Positions 10,452 to 20,019 of a stretch of DNA of 64,000 nt are shown here, piece by piece. Source of the DNA: a bacterium (GTDB lineage: Bacteria; Bacteroidota; Rhodothermia; Balneolales; M1805). A model generated the notes under the pieces. It saw only the letters and a list, made by a program, of their open reading frames with translations. It was not told the DNA's origin and made no database searches. Both the position numbers and the translations under genes were made by a program. The stretch covers positions 23,202 to 87,201 of the forward strand of contig SBGQ01000129.1 of NCBI GenBank assembly GCA_006226965.1, given 5' to 3'. The stretch's first letter is position 1, and each line of letters starts with the position of its first letter.

Positions 10452-11118
10452 AGAATGTTCCTTGTTTGTCTTTTAGGAATTTGTACAGCAATTCTCGCGC
10501 TCTAAAAATGTGTGCTTTTACTGTACCAAGCGGTAAATCCAAGATTTCAGAAATTTCCTGATACGACTTTTCTTCCATGTGGCGCATCTTAATAACCATC
10601 TGATACTTTTCAGGTAAACTGCTAATTGCCTGAGAAATTAAACTTGCACGTTCTTTGTGTTGAATCTCTTTATCTGCTGCAAAATTATTGTCAGGTAACT
10701 CAATTTGCATTTCACCGTCTTTCGTTGAAACCGGCTCATCAATTGAATATGTGTTTAATTTCTTTTTACGCAGATAATCGATAGTGTGATTGGTTGCAAT
10801 ACGATACAACCATGTAGAAAATGCGTACTGCGGATTAAACGTGCTTAAATTTGAAAAAGCTTTTACAAAAATTTCCTGAATCAAATCAGGAATCATTTCT
10901 CTATCACGAACCATCTTTACGATAAAGAAATACAATGCACGCTCATATTTTTGCATGAATTGCTTATAAACCCGCTCATCACCGGCTAAAGCTCTTTCTA
11001 CCCAAGCGGCATCCTGAATGGAACTCTCGGACGCTACTCTTTCCTCAACTACTTCAGGTTGCTGTTCCTGAGCTGTTTTATCCGTTTCTTCCTGTTTTGG
11101 TTCGAGCGATTCTGACAT
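10450..11118 (-). CDS. RNA polymerase sigma-70 family factor (ECF/sigma-24 type) with acidic N-terminal extension
   Basis: Region 2 reads IQEIFVKAF...TWLYRIATNHTIDYLRK. The region 4 HTH is SYQEISEILDLPLGTVKAHIFRAR. Confidence 0.85.
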   Translation of the reverse strand: MSESLEPKQEETDKTAQEQQPEVVEERVASESSIQDAAWVERALAGDERVYKQFMQKYERALYFFIVKMVRDREMIPDLIQEIFVKAFSNLSTFNPQYAFSTWLYRIATNHTIDYLRKKKLNTYSIDEPVSTKDGEMQIELPDNNFAADKEIQHKERASLISQAISSLPEKYQMVIKMRHMEEKSYQEISEILDLPLGTVKAHIFRARELLYKFLKDKQGTF

Positions 11119-11180
11119 GCAAACGTTTTTTTAAAATCAGGTTGAAAATATAAGAAGTTTGGGCACTGAACAAACTAAGT

Positions 11181-12113
11181 TTACAATGTTTTTATCAAGG
11201 TGCCGTGACGAATTCCGCCGACAGAAACCGTGAGTTTTTTAAATCCGAATACTTCCATAAAACCCTTCAATATCATGATTCCGGCGAAGAATATATCTGC
11301 TCTACCCTTCATTACAACCGGATATTTTTCGATCATTTCTTCAGAACTAGATTGCGCAAATTCAACAAAAACAGATTCTATATCATCCAATGATAATTCC
11401 ACTGCATTAATTTTGGAAGCATCGTATTGCTGTAATTTTTCTTTGATGTAAGCAATAGACGTTACCGTTCCCGCAACACCAATTGCACGCAAATTAGATG
11501 AAGTTATCTCACCGGGAAAATTCGCATACATCTCATTTATAGCTTTTTCAGCCAGTTTTGTTTGTTCAGTTGATGGCGGATTTCCTTGCAAATAGCGTTC
11601 TGTAAATCGAACTGAGCCCATATCAAACGAATGGCGATTTTTTAAAACGGAACCTTTGCCTAAAGCTAATTCTGTACTTCCGCCACCGATATCAATTACC
11701 ATATAATGTTCATCAGACCTGAACTGAAACGCAGATAATGCACCGGCATATGTCCACTCCGCTTCCTCTGCTCCGCTTAATAAACGTACTTCCCAAGAAG
11801 TTGATTCTTTTACGAGTTTAATAAACTCATCCCGATTGGAAGCATCTCGAACTGCGCTTGTTGCCGTAATAACCGGACTCTCAATTTCGGGAAATCTTGA
11901 GTGCAAAATACCTTTATAGTGAACTAAAGCATCAATTACTCGCTGCATAGATTCCATAGATAGAGTCTTCTTCAAATCTACGCCTTTTCCTAATCGAGGA
12001 ATTTGTTGCTCTTCATACAATGTTGTTAACCCGCCTTGCGACGTATCGGCAACGAGCAACAGAACCGTATTTGTTCCGATATCAATAGACGCACGAATAG
12101 ATTGTTTAGCCAT
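11181..12113 (-). CDS. ppx: Ppx/GppA-family exopolyphosphatase/phosphatase
   Basis: It has the ASKHA-fold motifs ASIDIGTNTVLLLVAD and VIDIGGGSTEL. I place the start at Met32 of the ORF-track frame (cat 12111-12113). This gives an 8-nt ATGGCTAA overlap with the upstream gene. Confidence 0.85.
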   Translation of the reverse strand: MAKQSIRASIDIGTNTVLLLVADTSQGGLTTLYEEQQIPRLGKGVDLKKTLSMESMQRVIDALVHYKGILHSRFPEIESPVITATSAVRDASNRDEFIKLVKESTSWEVRLLSGAEEAEWTYAGALSAFQFRSDEHYMVIDIGGGSTELALGKGSVLKNRHSFDMGSVRFTERYLQGNPPSTEQTKLAEKAINEMYANFPGEITSSNLRAIGVAGTVTSIAYIKEKLQQYDASKINAVELSLDDIESVFVEFAQSSSEEMIEKYPVVMKGRADIFFAGIMILKGFMEVFGFKKLTVSVGGIRHGTLIKTL

Positions 12114-12453
12114 TACTTTTCGGATAAAATTCAGGTTGGCAGGATTCACATGGGCATAATTCTCGTAGTGTTTCCCATTTGTACATTCCTGAATTGTGAC
12201 CATCACTCCAACTTATCTGAATGGCATAATTCCCAATCGGAGTAATATTTTGGATATGTGTTATACGTTCTGGTTTTTCAAAAAAAACGATTGGATTGGT
12301 TTTTACATTCATAAATTCGTGTCCACCTTTGCAAACCACGCACGGACAGGCTTTTCTTAGACCATGCAAAGGATAACGACTTAGATGTTCATCTTTCCAG
12401 ATGATTTCCAGTACATTTTCAGTTTTGTGTACTGTTATTGATTTGGGTAACAT
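12106..12453 (-). CDS. DUF971 domain protein (gamma-butyrobetaine hydroxylase-like N-terminal domain)
   Basis: It carries the pattern ITPIGNYAIQISWSDGHNSGMYKWETLRELCPC together with Cys pairs (CPCVVC, CPCESC). Confidence 0.7.
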   Translation of the reverse strand: MLPKSITVHKTENVLEIIWKDEHLSRYPLHGLRKACPCVVCKGGHEFMNVKTNPIVFFEKPERITHIQNITPIGNYAIQISWSDGHNSGMYKWETLRELCPCESCQPEFYPKSNG

Positions 12454-12543
12454 GAAAAAGATTTCTTATTTGTTAACAACAGCTTTGTATAATTACTAAA
12501 AGTTAAGCCATTCCAAACTAAACTTTGTTCTAAGAGCGTAAAA

Positions 12544-12957
12544 ATGCAAACGGATTATCTCACAAAAATTCTGAATCCTACCGATAAAACCTATTTCACG
12601 AAAGCGGTGCAAATCTATTATTTCTTTAAACAAGAGCTAATAAATCCCCTAGAAATTGATATTTCTGCCAAGCTTGAAGAAGGTGCAAATTTAACGTACA
12701 GCTTACTTCGACATTATTTGGTGAACGAAAGCTTCGAACTCTCCTATTTGCAAGAAATAAATGAGTTGCTTAGAGAAATAAATGAAACAACAAAATCTAA
12801 CGAAACTATTCTACAAATTCCGGCAACACAAGTAGATGAAATCGAGTTACAGGAGCTTGTTCCGATGCAGTTCACTGATGTTGATACGCAAGAAAAACTA
12901 CAAGTCTTGTTTCATACTAAAGAAGGTGTTATTCTTTGGAACTTGATCCATCATTAA
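12544..12957 (+). CDS. Hypothetical acidic protein
   Basis: It is an intact 137-aa ORF in an otherwise gene-free interval. I recognised no motif. Confidence 0.4.
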   Translation: MQTDYLTKILNPTDKTYFTKAVQIYYFFKQELINPLEIDISAKLEEGANLTYSLLRHYLVNESFELSYLQEINELLREINETTKSNETILQIPATQVDEIELQELVPMQFTDVDTQEKLQVLFHTKEGVILWNLIHH

Positions 12958-12972
12958 CTTAATTTTTCCTTT

Positions 12973-13704
12973 ATGTATCACATTCTTAACGGGGATTCAC
13001 TGTTACAGCAGTTACCTGAAACCATTGCAGGTGAAAAAATTGTTTTTAGAGAAGCTTTGATTGACGGTGATGTAAGCGGAACTACGTCGGAAGCTTTTTT
13101 TCAAAATCGGGCTGTTCAGTTTGCTCATTTTTTTGATGAAGTTACTATTGATGGCTACATGAGAAAAAGTAAAGATGAAATCGAGCGAATAAACCACATC
13201 CCAATAGGAGAAACTGTTTATTTATGGTTTGAGGAAGACGCCTTTTGTCAAATCAACTTTTGGTATGCAATCCATCGGCTAATTGAAAACGGACACACCA
13301 AATTATTTCTAGTTCGCCCTGAATATCACACCAGATATGCTTTTTCAGGACATCAACCTGAAGAATTAACAGGTTTACTTCAAGGCTCATCACTTCTTAC
13401 CCAATTATCGGTATTAACAAAACTTTGGCCGGCTTATCAGGAAGATTCTGTTGAACAACTTAGAGCATTGGGCGAACAATTAGCCGGAAACTACCCTTTT
13501 ATCAAAGAAGCCATTACTAATCTGATTGGAAACAGTTCAACATCCCGAATTGAATCTAAAGTTGAAACTCTAATTACTGAAATCGTTCAGATAACCAAAT
13601 CAAATGAATTCAAAGATGTGTTTCGTTTTTTTGCAATGAATTACCCGCAATTTGGTTTGGGAGATTTGCAAGTTGAACGCATTTTCAAAAAACTTAGCTC
13701 TTAA
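12973..13704 (+). CDS. DUF1835-like protein
   Basis: The N-terminus MYHILNGDS... and the overall size resemble DUF1835 proteins. This is a weak recognition. Confidence 0.45.
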   Translation: MYHILNGDSLLQQLPETIAGEKIVFREALIDGDVSGTTSEAFFQNRAVQFAHFFDEVTIDGYMRKSKDEIERINHIPIGETVYLWFEEDAFCQINFWYAIHRLIENGHTKLFLVRPEYHTRYAFSGHQPEELTGLLQGSSLLTQLSVLTKLWPAYQEDSVEQLRALGEQLAGNYPFIKEAITNLIGNSSTSRIESKVETLITEIVQITKSNEFKDVFRFFAMNYPQFGLGDLQVERIFKKLSS

Positions 13705-13827
13705 TACATTTTAGGAACATTTATTTCATTTCCTAAAATATTTAGGAAACTATTTTTATAACACGCTTCTATTTAGCCATTTGCCTTAATAAATTAGGGG
13801 AAACAAATTTTTATTAAGGAGGTCTTT

Positions 13828-15087
13828 ATGAAAGAATGGCAAGCAAATTTACATCCCGAAACCCTGATGATGTCTTATGGTTACAATCCCCATTTATCGG
13901 AAGGTGCCGTAAAATGTCCCATTTTTCAAACCTCGACTTTCGTTTTTAAGACTGCTGAAGAAGGAAAAGCATTTTTTGAAGTTGCCTATGGATTACGAGA
14001 AAAAAAGCCCAACGAAGAAACAGGTTTAATTTATTCCAGACTGAACAATCCAGACTTAGAAATTTTAGAAAACCGTTTGGCATTATGGGATAAAGCTGAT
14101 GATTGTGCCGTTTTTGAAAGTGGAATGTCGGCAATTACAACCGTTTTATTGGAATTTTTAAAACCGGGCGATTTATTGCTTCACTCCGGTCCTTTATATG
14201 GCGGAACAGATCATTTCATACAACACTTTTTACCTAAAATCGGCATACATACCTTAGAATTTAGTCCCCTAGATGACTTCGATACAATCGTTGATAAAGT
14301 TCAGGATTCAGGTTTAGCTGAAAAGCTAGCTTTTATTTACATCGAAACTCCGGCAAATCCAACAAACGCCTTAATAGACATCGGTTTATGTAGAGAAGTT
14401 GCCGACTTTTTTACTGAAGAAAATCCTATTCGTGTTTGTGTAGATAACACCTATATGGGTCCGCTTTGGTCACACCCGCTAGAACACGGTGCTGATTTAG
14501 TGGTTTATTCGGCAACAAAATATATTGGCGGACATTCGGATGTAATTGCAGGTTCAGTTTGCGGTTATAAAGATGAAATTATTCGTGTGAAAGCATTACG
14601 TACATTCTTAGGCAATATGGCGGGGCCTTGGACAGGTTGGTTATTACTTAGAAGTTTGGAAACGCTGAAAGTTCGAATGACTCAACAAGCTGAAAACGCG
14701 CAAAAAGTGGCTGCTTTTTTGCAACATCATCCAAAAGTTGAATCCGTTTATTATTTGGGATTATTAGATCCTGAAAAAGATGCCGATGCCTACGATATTT
14801 ATACCAGACAATACCTATCGCCGGGTGCCATGTTGTCTTTTGATATCAAAGGCGGAGAAGCCGAAGCTTTCAAATTCTTGAACAACCTTAAATTGATGAA
14901 ATTGGCCGTGAGTTTAGGAAGTACTGAATCTTTAGTCCAACATCCGGCAACAATGACTCATGCAGGTGTAGCCATTGAACATCGCAAAGCATTAAATATC
15001 ACAGAAAAACTTGTTAGACTTTCAATTGGCGTTGAGCATATTGATGATTTAATTTGGGATTTGAATCAAGCTTTAGAAACTGTTTAA
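13828..15087 (+). CDS. Cys/Met-metabolism PLP-dependent enzyme (cystathionine gamma-synthase / methionine gamma-lyase family)
   Basis: It has the PLP-lysine motif YSATKYIGGHSDVIAG and a family-typical N-terminus. AAGGAGG lies 6 nt upstream of the ATG. Confidence 0.85.
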   Translation: MKEWQANLHPETLMMSYGYNPHLSEGAVKCPIFQTSTFVFKTAEEGKAFFEVAYGLREKKPNEETGLIYSRLNNPDLEILENRLALWDKADDCAVFESGMSAITTVLLEFLKPGDLLLHSGPLYGGTDHFIQHFLPKIGIHTLEFSPLDDFDTIVDKVQDSGLAEKLAFIYIETPANPTNALIDIGLCREVADFFTEENPIRVCVDNTYMGPLWSHPLEHGADLVVYSATKYIGGHSDVIAGSVCGYKDEIIRVKALRTFLGNMAGPWTGWLLLRSLETLKVRMTQQAENAQKVAAFLQHHPKVESVYYLGLLDPEKDADAYDIYTRQYLSPGAMLSFDIKGGEAEAFKFLNNLKLMKLAVSLGSTESLVQHPATMTHAGVAIEHRKALNITEKLVRLSIGVEHIDDLIWDLNQALETV

Positions 15088-15119
15088 ATCTAAAATCCTA
15101 ATTTCTGATTTTTCCTAAA

Positions 15120-15172
15120 AGTGAATATCATCCGTTAAACAAACACAGGTGATGTTCACTTTTTTTTTTTAC
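15120..15172 (+). terminator. Rho-independent terminator
   Basis: An imperfect long stem pairs agtgaatatcat with gtgatgttcact. Eleven T residues follow (15161-15171). Confidence 0.75.
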
Positions 15173-15198
15173 TATTGACGCCGATCTATTTTTTTGTG

Positions 15199-16278
15199 AT
15201 GATTTCAAAAGACGATTTAAACATAGTCCCAATTGAACGAGCTTTTACCATTCCGGCTAACTGGTATTTTTCTTCTGAATTATATCAACTTGAACAACTC
15301 CAACTATTTAGCGGGAATTGGATATATGTGGGGCACCGCAATCAACTAAAAAAAACATCTTCTCTTACTCTGCAAATCGGGAAAGAACCGATTATTGTTT
15401 TTGAAAACAAATCAGGTGAAATAAAAGCATTTATTAATGTTTGCCGACATCGTGGCGGCCCGCTTTGTTTACGGCGAGGAAGTAAAGATGTCCTTCAATG
15501 CCAATATCACGGATGGACGTACACAAGTGAAGGCGACTTACGCGGCGTTCCAGAATTTGATCGTGTAGAACTGTTTGATAAATCGGATTTTAAGCTCGTT
15601 GAATTGGATGTTTTTGAATGGTCAGGTTTACTTTTTATTCGCACTCAATCTGATACGTTTAATGACATCAAACAAACATGTGCACATATTCAATCTGAAA
15701 TTGGGTCAATTGATTTAAGTCGATTTGAGTTTTCTGAGCGAGTAAGCTATCCGATTCATTGTAATTGGAAGGTGTATATCGATAATTATTTGGAAGGATA
15801 CCATATTCCTCACGTTCATCCGGAATTAAACAAATTGTTGGATTATCGAACCTATCGAACCAAAACAGCAGCTTTTCACTCTTTGCAATATTCTCAGTTT
15901 AAAGAAGGAGATTCGATTTACGGTTCCGGCAATGCAGATGATCAGGCATTTTATTACTTCCTCTACCCGAATTGCATGTTAAATATTCTTCCTTCACGAT
16001 TACAAGTCAATATTGTTGAACCCGTTGACGAGCAACATTGTATCGTTCATTTCGATTATTTCTATGACAGAGCAGAATATGATGACGCACGCATCTTAGC
16101 AGATAAAAATTATTCCGAATTTGTTCAAAAAGAGGATGAAGATATTTGTGAACAAGTTCAAAAAGGCTTGCAATCTCAAACCTATCATCAAGGCCGATTT
16201 AGTGTAAAACAAGAGCAAGGAGTATATCATTTTCAATCCTTGCTCAAGCAAAATTATTCGAAGTTATTAAGCCGTTAA
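15199..16278 (+). CDS. Rieske [2Fe-2S] non-heme-iron oxygenase alpha subunit (choline-monooxygenase-like)
   Basis: The Rieske motif is CRHRGGPL...CQYHGWTY. The mononuclear iron motif is EGYHIPHVHP. The start is set at the first ATG (MISKDD); the ORF track begins at an upstream TTG at 15175. Confidence 0.8.
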   Translation: MISKDDLNIVPIERAFTIPANWYFSSELYQLEQLQLFSGNWIYVGHRNQLKKTSSLTLQIGKEPIIVFENKSGEIKAFINVCRHRGGPLCLRRGSKDVLQCQYHGWTYTSEGDLRGVPEFDRVELFDKSDFKLVELDVFEWSGLLFIRTQSDTFNDIKQTCAHIQSEIGSIDLSRFEFSERVSYPIHCNWKVYIDNYLEGYHIPHVHPELNKLLDYRTYRTKTAAFHSLQYSQFKEGDSIYGSGNADDQAFYYFLYPNCMLNILPSRLQVNIVEPVDEQHCIVHFDYFYDRAEYDDARILADKNYSEFVQKEDEDICEQVQKGLQSQTYHQGRFSVKQEQGVYHFQSLLKQNYSKLLSR

Positions 16279-17430
16279 CGCTTGCACGATATCATTATAA
16301 ATATCATCAGGATGTTCTAAACCAACTGAAATCCGAATTAAATTATCGGTTATACCGACAGCCAAACGTTCTTCTTTGCTTAATTTGGAATGCGTGGTTG
16401 TAGCCGGGTGAGTCACAATAGTTCTGGAATCACCTAAATTTGCGGTAATCGACAATAATAGAAGTTTATCTATCATTGAAACGGCTTTTTCAACACCGCC
16501 TTTTACTTCAATACAAATAATTCCGCCACCCATTTGCATTTGTTTCTGTGCTAAATCGAATTGCGGATGTGTTCCTAAAAACGGATAGCGAACGTGTTCT
16601 ATTTCCGTTAATTCCTGTAAACGATGTGCCAGTTCAAACGCCGATTTTGAATGTCGTTTCATCCGAATAGCCAATGTTTCGAGCGATTTCGAGAAAATCC
16701 ATGCATTAAACGGAGATAAAGAAGGCCCTGTTTGACGTGCAAAAAATCGGAGTTCTTTTATTAAATCTGCACGGCCAACAACAATACCGCCAATTGCCCT
16801 TCCCTGTCCGTCAATAAATTTCGTTGCGGAATGCGTAACCAAATGTGCACCAAACAAATACGGCTTTTGAATAATTGGCGTTGCAAAACAATTATCAACA
16901 TTTAAGATGATATTTTTTTCGTTTGCCAATTTCCCGACAGCTTCGAGGTCAATTAGTTGCAAACCAGGATTTGAAGGTGTTTCTAAAAAGAACATCTTTG
17001 TATTGGGCTGAATTGCTTCTTCCCATTCCTTGATGCCTATACCATCAACATAGGTATGAGAAATACCCCATTTCGGTAATATTTTTGTAAGAATTTGATG
17101 AGTTGAGCCAAAAACAGAACGTGATGCTACGATGTGATCACCGCTGTTTAACAAACCAGCCATTCCCGTAAAAATAGCTGACATCCCCGACGCTGTTGCT
17201 ATACCGTCTTCCGCCTCTTCTAAGGCTACCATTTTATCGACAAATTCGTTGGTATTCGGGTTTGAAAAACGTGTGTAAATATTTCCCTGAACTTCATCAG
17301 CGAACATCGCACGGGCTTGTTCTGCATCATCGAAAGTAAAACTGGAAGTCATATAAATCGGAACAGAGTGCTCACGATTCGTTTTTTCTTGTTTGAGTCT
17401 GATAGCCAGTGTTTCCGGGTGTAATTTCAT
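16267..17430 (-). CDS. O-acetyl/O-succinylhomoserine sulfhydrylase-family PLP enzyme
   Basis: It has the PLP-lysine motif HSATKFIDGQGRAIGG and the Cys/Met PLP family architecture. It is a paralog of the 13828-15087 gene. Confidence 0.85.
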   Translation of the reverse strand: MKLHPETLAIRLKQEKTNREHSVPIYMTSSFTFDDAEQARAMFADEVQGNIYTRFSNPNTNEFVDKMVALEEAEDGIATASGMSAIFTGMAGLLNSGDHIVASRSVFGSTHQILTKILPKWGISHTYVDGIGIKEWEEAIQPNTKMFFLETPSNPGLQLIDLEAVGKLANEKNIILNVDNCFATPIIQKPYLFGAHLVTHSATKFIDGQGRAIGGIVVGRADLIKELRFFARQTGPSLSPFNAWIFSKSLETLAIRMKRHSKSAFELAHRLQELTEIEHVRYPFLGTHPQFDLAQKQMQMGGGIICIEVKGGVEKAVSMIDKLLLLSITANLGDSRTIVTHPATTTHSKLSKEERLAVGITDNLIRISVGLEHPDDIYNDIVQALTA

Positions 17431-17581
17431 AATAATTCGAAGAATTCTGCCTTTTTTGGCTGTATGTGATAACAGGTTGAATACTTAAAATTACAAAATT
17501 GAAGGCATTCGAATGCACTGTCATATTTGCTAGATTCTCTTAACTTTAGTCACTTTAAATGTAAACTCGGCTTCAACCATT

Positions 17582-19780
17582 ATGCTCAAGACTTTTTTTA
17601 GTCTGCTGTTCATCGTAAGTGTATTTTTTCCACATGCTCTTTTAGCTCAGAACGCTCCATCATCAAATAAAAAGCGCCCTAAAATCGGCTTAGCGTTAAG
17701 TGGCGGCGCATCGAAAGGAATGGCGCATCTAGGTGTTTTAGAAGTCTTGGAAAAAAATGGTATTCCGATCGATTACATCTCAGGAACCAGTATGGGAGCT
17801 ATTATTGGCGGATTATATGCAACCGGATACCCAATTGACACTTTGATTAAAATTGCCCGCACAATTCCTTGGAACGAGATGTATTTCGATGAAGTAAGCA
17901 GAAATCAAAAGTTTGTTGACCAACGCTTTAATGACGAAAAGTTTGTACTGAGTTTGCCAATCGTTGATAATTCTATTGGCGTTCCTGATGGATTGATAAA
18001 CGGTCAGCGTTTTTATAATGAACTCCATTATTACACGAGTCCTGTACACCAAATAACAAATTTTGACAAACTGCCAATCCCTTTTCGAGCAGTTGCAACC
18101 GATTTGAGTACAGGGAAAGCATTCGTGTTTAAAGAAGGCTCCTTAGCACTTGCCATCCGTGCATCCATGAGCGTGCCTTCTGTCTTAAAAACGGTTAATT
18201 ATGATGGAAAAAGGCTAATTGACGGCGGAATTGCTCGGAACTTACCGGCTCAAGACGCATTGGATATGGGTGCTGACTATGTAATTGGAGTTGATGTCGG
18301 TGCTCCTCCTCCAATGGCAAAAGAGTTAAAAAACTTGTTTGATATACTGGATCAAACCATAAGCTTGCAAACTCATAAAAATCTTAAAGAGCAGTATGAT
18401 TTATCTGATTTAATCATAAAACCGGAAGTCGGCGAATACGGGGCAACAGATTTCGATTCTCTCGAAGTGTACATCGATCGTGGACGAAAAGCAGCTGAAA
18501 GTTTATTACCTGAAATAATTGAACTGGTCGGAAAAGAAAATCTTCGTACAAAACCACGTAAACCTTTAGCTATTCCAATCGAAAAAAACAGCTTTTTAAT
18601 ACATCGAATATCGGTTGACGGAATTTCTAGCGACCTGTCAGAATCTGTAGTAAAACTACTTACTTGTAAAACAGGCAAACAAACCACACTACATATCATC
18701 AAAAATGATATTGACAGGCTTGTGGGGCTTGGCATGTTCGAAAACGTTTCTTACAAATTAATTCCAAGTATTGATAGTTCGTTTGATTTACGAATCCAAT
18801 TAACTGAAAAACGCTCCGAAGAATTCAATTTAGGTGTTCGATACGACCACTTTTACAAAGCTTCCATCATGCTAAATATGCTTTTGCGCGACCGTTTTAT
18901 TCGATCTTCTGAACTAAATGCAACGTTACGAGTCGGGGAAGAATATTTTGCTGAATTGTATTACCGAAAACTGAATATGGTTCCGCCTCGTTTTTCGATG
19001 AGTTTCAGAACAACATACTCTCATTTAACTATTCCTATTTTCGAAAATTACAGCAGAGTTGCCGAATTAGGATTCAACCGTGCCAATGTATCCATTGAAC
19101 TTAACACGACGCGCTTATTTAATCTTACAACTTTACTTCGTTTAAAAACAGAATACATTTATTCCTTAGAAAAATTTGGGGTAAATCCTACCTCAAATGA
19201 AAGCTTTTTAAATACTGTTTTATATAGAGTTACATATGACAATCTCCCGACTTTGTATTACCCGAATCGTGGAACATTTGTCGAACTTGGGATAGAACAT
19301 TCAGGAAAGTACTCCATAAGCAATTACGAGTTCACTCAACTTTCCGGAACCATCAAACAAATGATTCCGGTAACCTCTTTTATAACCTGGGATATAGGTT
19401 TAAACTCAGGAATAAGTTTAAGTGACGATTTACCTGTGCATTACAATTTTATGGCTGGCGGAACTTTTCCTTCCGTTTTAAATGCAGAACACGAACTTGA
19501 TTTTTGGGGATATTTGAACCGACAAATCTATCAAAACCAATTACATAAAGCTTCTACGGCCTTGCACTTTAAGGTATATAAAAAGAATTATGTAAGCCTT
19601 ATGGCTAATTATGGATTAATTAATAACACCTTTTCAACACAACTTACTGATTATACAGAGCTGTGGGGTTACGGAGTTATGTTAGGCTCGTTAACGCCAT
19701 TAGGCCCAGTACAATTATCGTTTACAACGGGTAAGGTAGTCACATATATACTCGCGTTAAATGTTGGATTTCGATTTTAA
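17582..19780 (+). CDS. Patatin-like phospholipase fused to POTRA-like and Omp85-type beta-barrel domains (PlpD-like, type Vd architecture)
   Basis: There is a signal peptide. The patatin motifs are GLALSGGASKG, GTSMGA and DGG. The C-terminal ~350 aa show alternating beta-strand patterns and end in GFRF. Confidence 0.8.
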   Translation: MLKTFFSLLFIVSVFFPHALLAQNAPSSNKKRPKIGLALSGGASKGMAHLGVLEVLEKNGIPIDYISGTSMGAIIGGLYATGYPIDTLIKIARTIPWNEMYFDEVSRNQKFVDQRFNDEKFVLSLPIVDNSIGVPDGLINGQRFYNELHYYTSPVHQITNFDKLPIPFRAVATDLSTGKAFVFKEGSLALAIRASMSVPSVLKTVNYDGKRLIDGGIARNLPAQDALDMGADYVIGVDVGAPPPMAKELKNLFDILDQTISLQTHKNLKEQYDLSDLIIKPEVGEYGATDFDSLEVYIDRGRKAAESLLPEIIELVGKENLRTKPRKPLAIPIEKNSFLIHRISVDGISSDLSESVVKLLTCKTGKQTTLHIIKNDIDRLVGLGMFENVSYKLIPSIDSSFDLRIQLTEKRSEEFNLGVRYDHFYKASIMLNMLLRDRFIRSSELNATLRVGEEYFAELYYRKLNMVPPRFSMSFRTTYSHLTIPIFENYSRVAELGFNRANVSIELNTTRLFNLTTLLRLKTEYIYSLEKFGVNPTSNESFLNTVLYRVTYDNLPTLYYPNRGTFVELGIEHSGKYSISNYEFTQLSGTIKQMIPVTSFITWDIGLNSGISLSDDLPVHYNFMAGGTFPSVLNAEHELDFWGYLNRQIYQNQLHKASTALHFKVYKKNYVSLMANYGLINNTFSTQLTDYTELWGYGVMLGSLTPLGPVQLSFTTGKVVTYILALNVGFRF

Positions 19781-19983
19781 CAATCCGATTGCGACTTATA
19801 GCAGCTAACGCCAATCATACTTAGAAAGTAATCATTCAAGGCAAAACTGTACTAATACCTTAAAAGAATTTCAACAATCTTCCCGACTTTAAGTACTAGT
19901 TTACTTTCATTTCTGTTTGATATTGATGCTATTTACTGATTTTCATGCCGTTTTCAGGCCAAACAGTTCAATCATTGTAAGTA

Positions 19984-20018
19984 AAAAAAAAGCCTGTCCG
20001 ACAACGAACAGGCTTTTG
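19984..20018. terminator. Bidirectional rho-independent terminator between the patatin gene and dnaJ
   Basis: The stem is agcctgt (19991-19997) paired with acaggct (20008-20014). An A8 run precedes it and TTTT follows. The dnaJ stop is at 20020. Confidence 0.65.
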
Positions 20019-20019
20019 A

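Noticed and set aside
11181-12206. Long N-terminal extensions in the ORF-track models (ppx at 12206, DUF5683 at 3925, the beta-barrel gene at 63959, the Rieske gene at 15175).
   Set aside because: The extensions overlap upstream genes or add non-signal leader sequence ahead of obvious N-terminal motifs or signal peptides. Internal starts were preferred and are flagged as uncertain.
17431-17581. A possible SAM riboswitch in the leader of the sulfhydrylase gene.
   Set aside because: I could not find the conserved SAM-I core or SAM-II pseudoknot motifs by eye. Only a trivial gcc-A6-ggc hairpin is present. A covariance-model scan is needed before any claim.
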